Positions 1-13,189 of a stretch of 64,000 nt of DNA are shown here, in pieces (positions within the stretch are counted from its first letter, which is position 1; every line of letters begins with the position of its first letter). The notes beneath the pieces are model-generated. The model made no database searches and was not told the DNA's origin. It saw nothing but the letters and a program-made list of their open reading frames with translations. Source of the stretch: Chiloscyllium plagiosum (Eukaryota); assembly GCF_004010195.1 (NCBI RefSeq), contig NC_057718.1:104268616-104332615 (forward strand), in the 5' to 3' direction. Both the position numbers and the translations under genes were made by a program.

Positions 1-395
1 TGGGGGCGGAGAGGTCAGAAAGAAGATTGCAGGTTAGGAAGGCGGTGCTGAGTTCGAGGGATTTGACTGAGACAAGGTGGGGGGGAGAGGAAATGAGGAA
101 ACTGGAGAAATCTGAGTTCATCCCTTGTGGTTGGAGGGTTCCTAGGTGGAGCGCAGCAGGTCAGGCAGCATCCAGGGAACAGGAGAATCGACGTTTCGGG
201 CATAAACTGGTGAAATCCGAGTTCATCCCTTGTGGTTGGAGGGTTCGTAGGCGGAAGATGAGGCGCTCTTCCTCCAACCGTCGGGTTGTTGTGGTCTGGC
301 GATGGAGGAGTCCAAAGACCTGCATAAGCTTGGTGGAGTGGGAGGGGGAATTGAAGTGTTGAGCCACAGGGTGGTTGGGTTGGTTGGTCCCAAAC
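1..395 (-). mobile_element. Penelope-like element (Neptune-type) 3' fragment: GIY-YIG endonuclease C-terminus, partly duplicated
   Basis: Minus-strand translation PVAQHFNSPSHS...LEEERLIFRLRTLQPQGMN is a typical PLE endonuclease tail; 98-150 is repeated at ~203-255; pLTR piece at 151-203. Confidence 0.8.
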
Positions 396-591
396 TCCAT
401 CAACAAACACCGCTTCTGTGGTGTTTCCTCCGGCATTTATAGTGGCCTGTCCCTGCGCTTCACAGGAGGCTCCCAAGCACTGAGGATGTCACCTAGACAG
501 GGGACGAAACGTTTGCAACAAAAACTTCCAGCTCGGCGAACAGAACCACAGCAACGAGCACCCGAGCTACAAATCTTCTCACAAACTTTGA
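396..591 (+). mobile_element. Penelope-like element (Poseidon-type) 3' terminus with a small internal inversion
   Basis: 457-591 closely matches 10950-11084; ~411-456 is the reverse complement of the expected upstream part. Confidence 0.8.
477..516 (+). ncRNA. Minimal type I hammerhead ribozyme motif (PLE family A)
   Basis: gca CTGAGGA t gtcacct-agac-aggggac GAA ACGT t tgc: stem I gca/tgc, core, stem II, palindromic ACGT helix III. Confidence 0.75.
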
Positions 592-3500
592 GCATAGCAC
601 ATAGCAGATAGCTCATAGCTCAAAGCACATAGTACATAGATCACAGCACATAGCTTATAGCACATAGCTGATAGCTCATAGCACATATCTTATAGCTCCT
701 AGCACATATCACATAGTTTTAGCACATAGCTTACAGCTCATAGCACATCGTTCATAGGTCATATCTTACACCTCATAGTACATAGCAGATAGCTCATAGC
801 TTATAGCACATAGCAGATAGCTTACAGCTCATAGAACATTGCACTTAGCAGACAGCTCATAGCTCATAGCATGTATCACGTAGCACAGAGCACATAGCTT
901 ACAGCTCAAATGCATACAGCACAGAGCACATAGCTCATAGCACATACCTCATAGCTTACAGCGCAAAGCACACAGCATAGCTCAAAGCTCATAGCACATA
1001 GCTTACAGCACATAGCACATAACTTATGGTACATACCTCATAGTGTACAGTTCATTGCACATAGCTCATAGCTTCCAGCTCAAAGTACGTTGCACCTAGC
1101 AGATAGCTCATAGCACATAGCTCAGAGCTTACAGTTCAAAGCGCATAGCTCACAGTACATAGCACATAGCTTACACCTCACAGCACATTGCTCATAGCTT
1201 ACAGCTCAAAGCGCATAGCTCACAGTACATAGCTTATAGCACTGAGCACATAGCTTACATCTCACAGCACATTGCTCATAGCTTACAGCTCAAAGCACAT
1301 AGCTTATAGCTCATAGCACATATCACATAGCTTACAGGTCAAAGCACATAGCACATAGCTTTTAGCACCTAGCAGATAGCTCATAGCACATAGCACATAG
1401 TGTATAGCACTTAGCACATAGCGTATAGCTCATAGCTTACAGCTTAAAGCATATAGCTCATAGCTCATTGCACATAGCACGTAGCACCTAGCATGTAGCA
1501 CATAGCTCATAGCACATAGTACATAGCTCATAGCACAGAGCTCACATCTCAAAGCACGTAGAACATAGCTATAAGCTATCAGCAATGTGTTATGAATTAT
1601 GTGCTATAAGCTATGTGCTAGGAGCTCATAGCACATAGCTCATAACTTTTAGCACATAGCACATAACTCAGCTTACAGCTCAAAGTACATAGCTCATTGT
1701 CATAGCACACAGTTTACAGCGCATAGCAGATAGCTCGTAGCTCATAGCACATATCTTAAAGCTCATAGCACATATCATATAGCATATAGCACATAGCTTA
1801 TAGCACATATCTTACAGTTCATAGCACATAGTTTATAGTTCATAGCACCAAGCTGATAGCTCATAACACATACCTCATAGCTTACAGTTCAACGCACATA
1901 GCACATAGTTCATGGCCCATTGCACAAAGCTGATTGCACATAGCTTATACCTCAGAGCAATAGGCAATAGGTGCAGGAGTAGGCCATTCTGCCCTTCGGG
2001 CCTGCACCACCATTCAATATCATCATGGCTGATCATCCTTAATCAGTGTCCTGTTCCTGCCTTATCTCCATAACCCTTGATTCCACTATCCTTGAGAGCT
2101 CTATCCAAGAGCTCTTTCTTAAATGAATCCAGAGACTGGGCCTCCACTGCCCTCTGGGGCAGAGCATTCCACACAGCCACCACTGTCTGGGTGAAGAAGT
2201 TTCTCCTCATCTCAGTCCTAAATGGTCTACCCCGTAATTTTAAGCTGTGTCCTCTGGTTCGGCACTCACCCATCAGCAGAAACATGTTTCCTGCCTCCAG
2301 AGTGTCCAATCCTTTAATAATCTTATACGTCTCAATCAGATCCACTCTCAGTCTTCTAAACTCAAGGGTATACAAGCCCAGTCACTCCAGTCTTTCAGTG
2401 TAAGGTAATCCTGCCATTCCAGGAATTGACCTTGTGAACCTACACTACACTCCCTCAATAGCCAGAATGTCTTTCCTCAAATTTGGAGACCAGAACTGCA
2501 CACAATATTCCAGGACTCACCTAACTTGTCCAGGTCACTCTGTAATCTCCTAACATCCTCATCACTTTTCACCCTGCCACCCAGCTTTGTATCATCAGCA
2601 AATTTGCTCATGTTATTGCTGATACCATCTTCTATATCATTAACATATATTGTAAAAAGCTGCGGTCCCAGTACTGATCCCTGCGGTACCCCACTGGTCA
2701 CTGCCTGCCATTCCGAAATGGAGCTGTTTATCACTACTCTTTGTTTCCTGTCAGCCATCCAACTTTCAATCCAAGTTAGTACTTTGCCCCCAATACCATG
2801 TGCCCTAATTTTACTCACTAACCTCCTGTGTGGGACTTTATCAAAAGCTTTCTGAAAGTCCAGTACACCACATCTACTGGATCTCCCTCGTCCATCTTCA
2901 GAGTTACATCCTCAAAAAATTCAAGAAGGTTAGTCAAGCATGATTTCCCCTTCATAACTCCATGCTGACTCAGACCTATCCTGTTACTACTATCCAGATG
3001 TGTCGTAATTTCATCCTTTATAACTGACTCCAGCATCTTTCCCACCACTGAGGTCAGACTAACTGGTCTATAATTTCCTGCTTTCTTTCTCCCACCTTTC
3101 TTAAAAAGTGGTACAACATTAGCCACCATCCAATCCACAGGAACTGATCCCGAATCTATCAAACGCTGGAAAATAATCACCAAAGCATCCACGATTTCTC
3201 GAGCCACCCCCTTCAGTACCCTGGGATGTAGACCATCAGGCACAGAGCACATAGCTCATAGTTTATAGCTCATAGCACATAGCACATTGCACACAGCAGA
3301 CAGCTCATCGCTTACAGCTCATAGCACATAGCTCACAGCTCACAGCTCAAAGCACACAGCTCGTAGCACATAGCACATAATTCATAGCTAACAGTTCATA
3401 GCAGATAGCTTATAGCTCATAGCACATATCACATAGCTTAAAGCTTATAGCACACAGCAAATAGTACTTAGTTCATAGCCTATAGCTCATAGCACAAAGC

Positions 3501-3838
3501 ACATAGCTCATAATTTACAGCTCATAGCGCACAGCACATAGCTTACAGCTCAAAACACATAGCTAATAGCACATAGCTCATGGTTTACAGCTCATAGCAC
3601 TTTGCACATAGCCTATAGCTCATAGCTTATAGCAAATATCTTACAGCAGATAGCAAATTGCACATAGCAGATAGCTCATAGCTTACAGCTCATAGCACAT
3701 AGCTTACAGCTCATAGCACATTGCACATAGCTAATAGCACATTGCATATAGCAAATATCTCATAGCACACAACACATGGCTCATAGCTCAGCACATAGCT
3801 CATAGCTTACAGTAAATAGCACATAGCTCATAGCACAT
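591..3838. repeat. Degenerate 7-bp satellite (AGCACAT/AGCTCAT/AGCTTAC), split by a CR1 insertion
   Basis: Visible heptamer periodicity at 591-1957 and 3241-3838; short inverted patch at ~1585-1621. Confidence 0.95.
1958..3240 (-). mobile_element. CR1-clade LINE, 5'-truncated, RT remnant with an internal deletion near 2513
   Basis: Translations [46 protein letters not shown]; 3' tail cctattg repeats. Confidence 0.95.
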
Positions 3839-3894
3839 CCTTCATGACGGTCCCCATTACCAGCTTATAGACCAACCTTTTCCAAGCTACCATC

Positions 3895-4030
3895 AGTTCT
3901 GAAGAAGGGTCACTAGGGCTGAAACATTAACTCTACTTTCTCTCCACAGCTGCTGCCAGACCTGCTGAGTTTCTCCAGCAATTTCTGTTTTCGCTTCCGA
4001 TTTCCAGCATCTGCAGCTCTTTGTTTTATT
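3895..4030 (+). mobile_element. PLE terminal-repeat fragment (family D) with a decayed hammerhead
   Basis: agtt CTGAAGA agggtc acta gggct GAAAcatt aact followed by the shared ctgccagacctgctgag...ccagcatctgcag tail. Confidence 0.65.
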
Positions 4031-4636
4031 TTTAATGAATTCTCTGCTATAGATCCTTGTATGTCATTTCTGTTTGAGGAGTGAATGGGAAGCGGTCTAA
4101 GTTCAGCCCTGTTTCGCTGTTTGTGAGGATAACTTTTACTATAAGCTGTAAGAAAGAGAACCAGTTAGCTTACACACATTTAGCCTGATGGGAAATACAA
4201 TTCACAGTAATATCAATGAGTAGCTGATCAAGCACTGACCATTTCACATCTCACAATTAAAATCCCCTTGGTGTAAACTCCTCATTGCCTCAGTATCCTA
4301 AAGTTATTTTTATTTCATTGTAAGTTACAGTGAGTGGCACTTATGTACAGTGACAATACATACTTTTCACTGTATTTTATATTGAATGCACATGACAATA
4401 AAAGATATTCATTCATGATTTTAAGACTGTATGCAAATGAAGAACCATCAAAGAACCAGGATGTAAAGCAGCATGTGACCAGCAGTCAGTTCTTATGGCT
4501 GGAACCGGATTGGCTGCTGTTGCTGTGATAATTGGTGGTTGCTCAATCCTAACAGTTGATTGGTCTGTTGAGCTATTTTGTGAAGTGTACAGTTATTAGT
4601 TTGTAGACCCCAAATAAATCACACTGACTTAGAGTT

Positions 4637-4730
4637 CTGTGTGTGTGTGAGAGAGAGAGAGAGAATGAATGAATGAATGAATGAATGAATGTGTCTGTCT
4701 GTGTGTCTGTTTTTATGTGTATCTGTGTGT
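4637..4730. repeat. Compound microsatellite (TG)n(AG)n(AATG)n
   Basis: Direct inspection. Confidence 0.9.
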
Positions 4731-5082
4731 CCACATCAGTCTATGTGACATTTCAATTCTGATAAAAAGTCAAACCAGACCAAAAACATTAACTCTGTTT
4801 TCTCTCCACAGATGCTGCTAGACCTGCTGAGTTTTTCCAGCATTCAAGATTTTGTTTCAGATTTCCAGCTTCCACAGTATTTTGCTTCGATCTGCTTTTG
4901 TGATGTTGATGGGGGAATACATATTACTGGACTATCTCCCCTGCTGCTCTTTGACACAATGTCAGGGATCTTTTACATGCATGTGACAGAACAGATGGGC
5001 GTTGGATTAATGTCTTGACTGAGAGCTGACAACAACAACTGTGCAGCATTCCCCCTGTACTGACCCTATGACAGTGCAGCAC

Positions 5083-5978
5083 TCATAGAGTCATAGAGAT
5101 GTACAGCACAGTAACAGACCGTTCGGTCCAATCCGTCCATGCCGACCAGATATCCCAACCCAATCTAGTCCCACCTGCCAGCACCCAGCCCGTATCCCTC
5201 CAAACCCTTGCGATTCATATAGCCATCCAAATGCCTCTTAAATGTTGCAATTGTACCAGCCTGCACCACTTCCTCTGGCAGCTCATTCCATACACGTACC
5301 ACCCTCTGTGTGAAAACGTTGCCCCTTAGGTCTCTTTCATATCTTTCCCCTCTCACCCTAAACCTATGCCCTCTAGTTCTGGACTCCCCGACCCCAGGGA
5401 AAAGACTTTATTTATTTACCCTATCCATGCCCCTCATGATTTTATAAACCTCTATAAGGTCACCCCTCAGCCTTTGACACTCCAGGGAAAACAGTCCCAG
5501 GCTGTTCAGCCTCTTCCTATAGCTCAGATCCTACAACTCCGGCAACATCCTTGCAAATCTTTTCCGAACCATTTCAAGTTTCACAATATCTTTCCGATAG
5601 GAAGGAGACCAGAATTGCATGCAATATTCCAACAGTGGCCTAACCAATGTCCTGTACAGCCACAACATGATCTCCCAACTCCTGTACTCAATACTCTCAC
5701 CAATAAAGGAAAGCATACCAAATGCCTTCTTCACTATCCTATCTACCTGCGACTCAACTTTCAAGGAGCTATGAACCTGCACTCCAAGGTCTCTTTGTTC
5801 AACAACACTCCCTGGGACCTTACCATTAAGTGTATAAGTCCTGCTAAGATTTGCTTTCCCAAAATATAGCACCTCATTTTATCTGAATTAACCTCCATCT
5901 GCCACTTCTCAGCCCATTGGCCCATCTGGTCAAGATCCTGTTGTAATCTGAGTTAACCCTCTTCGCTGTCTACTACAC
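5083..5978 (-). mobile_element. HER1/CR1 LINE 3' fragment
   Basis: LYRTLVRPLLEYCMQFWSP and RVVRVWNELP on the minus strand; ctctatga-type tail. Confidence 0.95.
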
Positions 5979-6190
5979 TCCCTCTATACTGACCCTATGA
6001 TACTGCAGTACTCCCTCTGCACTGACCCTATGACACTGCAGCACTCCCTCTACACTGACCCTACGACACTGCAGCACTCTCTTTGTACTGACTCTATGAC
6101 AGTTCAGCAGTCCCTCTTCACTGACCCTATGACACTGCAGCACTCCCTCTATACTGACCCTATGACAGTGCGGCACTCCCTCTGCACTGT
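5975..6190. repeat. 33-bp tandem repeat (~6.5 copies)
   Basis: Unit ctgcagcactccctctatactgaccctatgaca; the same unit occurs at 5040-5083, on the other side of the CR1 insertion. Confidence 0.9.
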
Positions 6191-6690
6191 CATACAGGAG
6201 GATGGGAAAGCTTGTTCCCAGATTGCAAATCCAGGCTTTAGAAGTGGATTGTGAGATAGCATATTGTCTGTCTGTGCTGTTCTGCGCGTATACCTGAGCT
6301 AATGCACAACCTGCAGTGTCAGTGGAACCTGACAGAACAACATTGAAACTTCACACTGGAAACTGCATGTTAATTTGTGACTACATTACCCTGTGTTATT
6401 TTGTACTGTGTTTAGTCCAAATTGCATGCAAATTGTTGTAGAAATACAAAACAAAAATAGAAATTGCTGGGAAAACTCAGTAGGTCTGGCAGAATCTGTT
6501 CTGACAAAGGGTCACTGGATCCAAAACATTAACTCTGTTTCTCTCTCCACAAAGGCAGCTTGACCGGCTGAGTTTGCCCAATCATTTATGTTTTTGTTTC
6601 CGATTTCCAGCATCTGCAGTTCTTGCATTTCACTTTTGTGTGGAATTGCAAGGTTTTTTTTGTTATTTTGGGGAGATGATGGCATCATGT

Positions 6691-7314
6691 TATAGACTCA
6701 TAGTCATAGAGATGTACAGCAGGGAAACACACCCTTCAGTCCAACCTGTCCATGCCGACTAGATATCCTAAATCCAATCCAGTCCCACCTGCCATTACCA
6801 TATCCCTCCAAACCCTTCCTATTCATGTGCCCATCCAAATGCCTTTCAAATGTTGCAATTGTACCAGCCTCCACCACTTCCTCTAGCAGCTCATTCCATA
6901 CACGTACCATCCTCTGCATGAAAACGTTGCCCCTTAGGTCTCTTTTATATCTTTCCCCTCTCACCCTAAACCTGTGCCCTCTAGTTCTGGACTCCCCGAC
7001 CCCAGGGAAAAGACTTTGTCTATTTATCCTATCCATGCCCCTCATAATTTTGTAAACCTCTATAAGGTCACCCCTTAGTCTCCGATGCTCCAGGGTAAAC
7101 AGCCCCAGTCTATTTAGCCTTTTCCTATAGTCCAAATCCTCCAACCCTGGCAACATCCTTGTAAATCTTTTCTGAACCCTTTCAAGTTTCACAACATCTT
7201 TCCGATAGGAAGGAGACCATAATTGCACGCAATATTCCAACAATGTCCTGTACAGCCGCAACATGACCTCCCAACTCCTGTACTCAATACTCTGACCAAT
7301 AAAGGAAAGCATAC
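6691..7314 (-). mobile_element. HER1/CR1 LINE 3' fragment
   Basis: ORF 6704-7312: LERVQKRFTRMLPGL, RRLRGDLIEVYKIM. Confidence 0.95.
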
Positions 7315-7690
7315 TAATGTCACTGAATCAGTAATCCAGACACCCAGGCGGTTTCTGTCAGGACAGGGGTTCAAATCCCACCGGGAAGCTGGGTGAATTT
7401 AAATTCAACTTAGAAATCTGGAATTTAATCCTCATCTCGGTCACAGTGACAATGAAATCAGCATCGATTGCTATGAAAACCAAATCAGGTTTGCTAACAG
7501 CCTTCAGGGAGGGAAATCTGCCTTCCTTATGTGGTCTGGCCTGCAAGTGACTTCAGATCCGCGGCAATGTGGGTGACTCTTAACTGCCCTCTGAAATAGT
7601 CCTAGCAAGTCAGTCAGTTCAAGGGACAGTTAGAGATGGGCAATAAAGCTGGTCTTGTCAGCGACACCCACATTCCACGAAAGGAAAAAC
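7315..7690 (+). mobile_element. tRNA-derived SINE sharing its 3' tail with the LINE at 31575-32130
   Basis: B-box-like gggttcaaatcc; similar to 33710-34012; tail gatgggcaataaa...cgacacccacattcc. Confidence 0.65.
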
Positions 7691-8185
7691 AAAAACTTTA
7701 TTCTGATCTGAAAATCCTCAGCAATATGACGCTGAATTTCCAAAGCTGCTGTCCATTGCTGGATCTACATGTGTATAACAGCCCATGTAGTTCTGGTCAA
7801 TGTGGTGTGTAAATACACTGTGCTGAAACCAACATTTCTCCTGGATTCTGTGGCAGTGCCAAGGATGAGATTGTCAGTGTTCGCCATCAGGGACTCCCTG
7901 TGAAACTGACCCCAACCACAACCCCCTGAATCGGACCCTGTGCAGTTAAACTGTGACATCCAGAGGTTGCTGCTGGTGATTCTACACATTGCCTATTGAA
8001 GCCACCACCCCAAAGGACTGTGATCAATTAGAAATCACTGACCTGACCAGAACCTGCTCTTTTAGATTCTTCACTTCATCCTAAACCACCGAAAACTTTA
8101 CCCCTTTTTGAATGAGGTTCTAACAGAGGACTAACTTCAGAAGTTACTGATGAACACGAATGCAAGCCTTGAAGAATTACTTTTG

Positions 8186-9256
8186 TCATAGAGTCATGGA
8201 GATGTACAGCATGGAAACAGACCCTTCGGTCCAACCCGTCCATGCCGACCAGATATCCCAACCCAATCTAGTCCCACCTGCCAGCACCTGGCCCATATCC
8301 CTCCAAACACTTCCAATTCATATACCCATCCAAATGCCTCTTAAATGTTGCAATTGTACCAGCCTCCACCACATCTTCTGGCAGCTCATTCCATACACGT
8401 ACCATCCTCTGCATGAAAAAGTAGCCCCTTAGGTCTCTTTTATATCTTTCCCCTCACACCCTAAACCTATGCCCTCTAGTTCTGGATTCCCCAACCCCAG
8501 GGAAAAGACTTTGCCTATTTATCCTATCCTACCCCTCATAATTTTATAAACCTCTATAAGGTCACCCCTCAGCCTCTGACGCTCCAAGGAAAACAGCCCC
8601 AGCCTGTTCAGCCTCTCCCTGTAGCTCAAATCCTCCAATCCTAGAAACATCCTTGTAAATCTTTTCTGAACCCTTTCAAGTTTCACAACATCTTTCCGAT
8701 AGGAAGGAGACCTGAATTGCACGCAATATTCCAACAGCGGCCTAACCAATGTCCTGTACAGCTGCAACATGACCTCCCAATTCCTGTACTCAATACTCTC
8801 ACCAATAAAGGAAAGCATACCAAACGCCTTCTTCACTATCCTATCTACCTGCGACTCCACTTTCAAGGAGCTATGAACCTGTACTCAAAGGTCTCTTTGT
8901 TCAGCAACACTCCCTAGGACCTTACGATTAAGTGTATAAGTCCTGCTAAGATTTGCTTTCCCAAAATGCAGCACCTCGCATTTATCTGAATTAAACTCCA
9001 TCTGCCACTTCTCAGCCCATTAGCCCATCTGGTCCAGATCCTGTTGTACTCTGAGGTAACCCTCTTCGCTATCCACTACGCCTCCAATTTTAGTGTCATC
9101 TGCAAACTTACTAACTGCACCTCTTATGCTCACATCCAAATCATTTATGTAAATGACAAAAAGTAGAGGGCCCAGCACCAATCCTTGTGGCACTCCACTG
9201 GTCACAGGCCTCCAGTCTGAAAAACAACCTTCCACCACCACCCTCTGTCTTCTGCC
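8186..9256 (-). mobile_element. HER1/CR1 LINE 3' fragment
   Basis: SGVPQGLVLGP, SKFADDTKIGG, LERVQKRFTRM; flanking ttttgtc duplication. Confidence 0.95.
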
Positions 9257-9369
9257 ATTTTGTCTTTGAGGAATATGTTTCTGTTATGAGCCGAGGGGTG
9301 GTTTGGATTGTTCATCCCTGGCCTGATCAAACGCACCTCCCATCTCCAAGATCGTTACCAAAGACAAAA

Positions 9370-9552
9370 AGCCAAAGATGTACATGTTAGGTGAATTGGT
9401 CGCGCTAAATTGCCCATAGTGTTAGGTGCATTAGTCAGGGGTAAATATAGGGGAATGGGTCTGGGTGGGTTACTCTTCGGAGGGTCAGTGTGGACTTGTT
9501 GGGCCAAAGGGCCTGTTTCCACACTGTGGGGAATCTAATCTAATCTAATCTA
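9370..9552 (+). mobile_element. HE1-type V-SINE 3' half
   Basis: gctaaattgcccatagtg...gggcctgtttccacactg and (aatct)n tail. Confidence 0.75.
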
Positions 9553-10317
9553 ACTTGAACGAAAGCCTCAGATTCCTGCCCCAATCCCATGTGTTCCTTC
9601 TCATTGTTTATTTTGCCCCTTCTAAAGGGGATTCCCTCAACGTGACCCCAAAATAGAAACTAAAGTCAGGGAAGAGGAAATCTTTGTCCATTTGATTTAA
9701 GAACAATTCCAGTTTCTCCAGACTCCCCTTATCATTGATGGTCCTGGTTGCTCTTACCCAGAATTGACACACATAAAGGTATCATTTTGCAAGGAAATAA
9801 AACTTTAGCATTAAGTTTTTGAATTACCCAAGAATTGAGGGAGAGTACAGGACAGTTGTATGGCATGTGACGATACTATGGCTTTAAGAGGTATGTTGAG
9901 TCCTGAGGTTTCTTAATGAACAAAGGTTGAGATAGAGGTTCCAAGCATGTCTGCTCAAAGCCAATAATGTAAGCAGCTTGTGAGGCCTTGGGGTTTCTTT
10001 TAAAGTTGGAACAATATAAGCAGCCTGAATGGGTGGGGTCAAGTTCCTACAGAACCAGGATTCTCAGTTTTAGCTTTCTGCAGTCGCTGGGGTCTTGAAG
10101 CTGGATGTGGAAGCTCTTATTCCTCTCTCTGTTACAGCTAAAACCTGGGGTTCTCTTCCTGCTGCTAGACTCACATGTGAGACAATTCATCTTACTGAAT
10201 TTGCCTTTGCTAAGAGTGTGTTTATGGGATGTTACTATATTACAACAGTTAATTAGTAGCTTTTTATTTTGTTAAGTATTTTGATAGAATTACAGTTATA
10301 ACAATTCTTTTATTTTT

Positions 10318-11084
10318 GTTGTGGTTCTGTTCGCCGAACTGGGAATTTGTGTTGCAGACGTTTCGTCCCCTGTCTAGGTGACATCCTCAGTGCTTGGGAG
10401 TCTCCTGTGAAGCACTTCTGTGATCTTTCCTCTGGCATTTGTAGTGGTTTGAATCTGCCGCTTCCAGTTGTCAGTTCCAGCTGTCCGTTGCAGTGGTCAG
10501 TATATTGGGTCCAGTTCAATGTGCTTATTGATTGAATCTGTGAATGAGTGCCATGCCTCTAGGAATTCCCTGGCTGTTCTCTGTGTAGTGTACAAAATCC
10601 CATGCAAGGACTGCACAAAACACTACATAGGACAAACAGGAAGACAGCTAACAATCCGCATCCATGAACACCAACTAGCCACGAAACGACACGACCAGCT
10701 ATCCTTAGTAGCCACACACACAAATGACAAACAACATGAATTTGACTGGGACAACACTACTATTATAGGACAAGCCAAACAGAGAACAGCCAGGGAATTC
10801 CTAGAGGCATGGCACTCATCCACAGATTCAATCAATAAGCACATTGAACTGGACCCAATATACTGACCACTGCAACGGACAGCTGGAACTGACAACCGGA
10901 AGCGGCAGATTCAAACCACTACAAATGCCAGAGGAAACATCACAGAAGTGCTTCACAGGAGGCTCCCAAGCACTGAGGATGTCACCTAGACAGGGGATGA
11001 AACATCTGCAAAACAAATTCCCAGCTCGGCGAACAGAACCACAACAATGAGCACCCGAGCTACAAATCTTCTCACAAACTTTGA
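10318..11084 (+). mobile_element. Penelope-like element (Poseidon-type) 3' part with an inverted upstream copy; GIY-YIG endonuclease remnant
   Basis: VVYKIPCKDC..HYIGQTGR...RIHEH...REFLE...SINKH at ~10583-10866; 10318-10582 is the reverse complement of ~10780-11046; 12-bp TSD tcttttattttt at 10306-10317 and 11085-11096. Confidence 0.92.
10354..10393 (-). ncRNA. Minimal type I hammerhead ribozyme motif (family A), intact core
   Basis: Reverse complement reads gca CTGAGGA t gtcacct agac aggggac GAA ACGT C tgc; mirror copy at 10970-11009 (+). Confidence 0.8.
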
Positions 11085-11424
11085 TCTTTTATTTTTACTT
11101 TGTATTGTAATGATTGTGTATGAATAAAGTGTGTTTTCCTTCAAACCTGGTAGTTCAACCAATCGAATTGCATCTGAAACGCAATGCCTTACACTTCCAT
11201 TTAAAATAAAAAACCTTAGGGTCTAGACTATCTCTTTGGCGTGTTTGAGGGGGTCTGGGCTGGTCCAAAACAAGCTAGGGGCTCTTATCAGGATCAAAAT
11301 CTCTAATTCCAGGTTGGGTTTTGGGTTATTGGAATCAAAGGCAGTGAGTGGTGAGTGCTGGTGTTTTTTTTTTATTTCGAGTGTTGTGTTCAGTTGGTTT
11401 AAACAGGCTGTGCCTTATGTAATA

Positions 11425-12450
11425 ATGGATCTTTCAGTCACTGAGAGTTTCCTGGGGATGGAAGAAGTCACTTCAGGACCTTTACAGAAAGGGAGCAAGG
11501 CAAAGCTTTCTGAATTGGCAAACAAATTGAAGTTGGAGTTGCCTCTGTCTGTGAGGAAAAGGGGGATAGTTGCAGCAACAGCTCGACATTCCCAATCACC
11601 AGGAATGCAATCAGAATCATTGGAGATTGCTAAAGGTCAATTGCAAAGGAAGCAGCTGGAATTAGAGAGAAAAAGAGAAAGAGTAACCCAGGCAGAACAA
11701 AAAGAAAGAGAAAAGGAGATGAAACAGTTGGAATTAGAATTAAAAGCAGAGGAAAAAGGAAAAGAGAGGAAGGCCCGAGCAGAAGGAAAAGAGAGTTTTT
11801 GAAATTTGAGGTTGGGACTGAAAATTCAAAGTCAATTTAAAATGACACAGATTGAGCTGAAAAGTAGGAGTAATGAAGAGGTCAGTGTCATAGAGTCAAA
11901 GAGATGTACAGCATGCAAACAGACCCTTCAGTCCAACCCAATCTAGTCCCACCTGCCAGCACCCGGCCCATATCCCTCCAAACCCTTCCTATTCATATAC
12001 CCATCCAGATGCCTTTTAATGTTGCAATTGTACCAGCCTCCACCACTTCCTCTGGCAGCTCATTCCATACATGTACCACCCTCTGTGTGAAAAAGTTGCC
12101 CCTTAGGTCTCTTTTATATCTTTCCCCTCTCACCCTAAACCTATGCCCCTCTCGTTCTGGACTCCCCAACCCCAGGAAAAAGACTTTGCCTATTTACCCT
12201 ATCCATGCCCCATATAATTTTATAAATCTCTATAAGGCCAGGTGGGGATCTGTTTAAATATGTCCAAGCATTGCCTAAGTTTGATGAGAAGGATGTAGAA
12301 ACCTTTTTCATTTCATTTGAGAAAGTGGCTAAATAAATGAAATGGCCAGAGACCATGTGGGTATTGTTGATCCAAACAAAGTCAGTAAGTAGCAATGCAA
12401 GGTATTTGTGACACCATCAGAGGAGGTATCTGGGGAGGAGGAGCAGGTGA
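11425..12450 (+). pseudogene. Decayed Gypsy gag, interrupted by a CR1
   Basis: KAKLSELANKLKL plus a coiled-coil in ORF 11236-11802; resumes at 12238 as VQALPKFDEKDVETFFISFEKVAK*MKWP, typical of vertebrate Gypsy gag. Confidence 0.75.
11888..12237 (-). mobile_element. HER1/CR1 LINE 3' end nested in gag
   Basis: Closely matches 5083-5460. Confidence 0.92.
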
Positions 12451-13189
12451 AACACAACCAGGACAAAATACACCTCTTACAGCCAAAGTATCGTCACAGA
12501 CATAATGGTCGTTAATAATCTGTTGTTATGTGAAACTGACTGAGGGATCCACTTATAACAAGCAGCTTCCTGGCATTGTCAGTGTTCACCTTGAATTAAC
12601 ACAGAATGTATGGCATGCAGATGAGAACAAAAGGAGAGAGCTGTATCAGAGCACTTAGCAGAGATGTTCTCCCAATATCCCCCCCACACCCGCCACTCCC
12701 ACCAGTGTGGAGGAACCAGTCGCAGCCAATTTAGCAGCAGATCAAGTGGCCTTAGCTCAGAGTAATTTTGGTTGGAAGTGTGGAGAACGTAGACATTATC
12801 TGATGCAATGCAGACCATTCCTTCAGTGTAAATTATGAGCTGTATTGTTGTGTCAGTGTATTGAATTACTGCAGTGACACAGGAATGCTCCCAGCCCCAG
12901 CCAGGTGTATGCAGGAGGACAATTCAATTATTTAGTGCAATTGTCCCACATCCTGTGAGGATCATAAATAATTAACTAAATAAATAAATACAGAAACCAC
13001 AAGGGAGTTTAATCTTGTGCAAGTGACCCAGTAACTTTGTCACTCGCTGGTTATCAGGTCAATGGTGTAACACAATTCCAACTCTTACCTTTTTACTCTT
13101 TCACTTCTTTCCTTCATATATCGCTGTAGAGCTGCTGATTGAAATGAACCTTCTGGGTCCTGGCATTAACTCTTTAATTCTGAGTCTCA

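Larger units (their letters stand above)
9866..11272 (+). mobile_element. 5' LTR of a Gypsy retrotransposon, interrupted by a PLE
   Basis: TG...ACA ends; similar to 57046-57595; followed by a degenerate PBS-like tract (ggggctc...ggatc) and a gag ORF. Confidence 0.7.

Noticed and set aside
11236..11802. 188-aa coiled-coil ORF as a host gene or domesticated gag
   Set aside because: Follows an LTR, ends prematurely, is interrupted by a CR1 and has an in-frame stop downstream.
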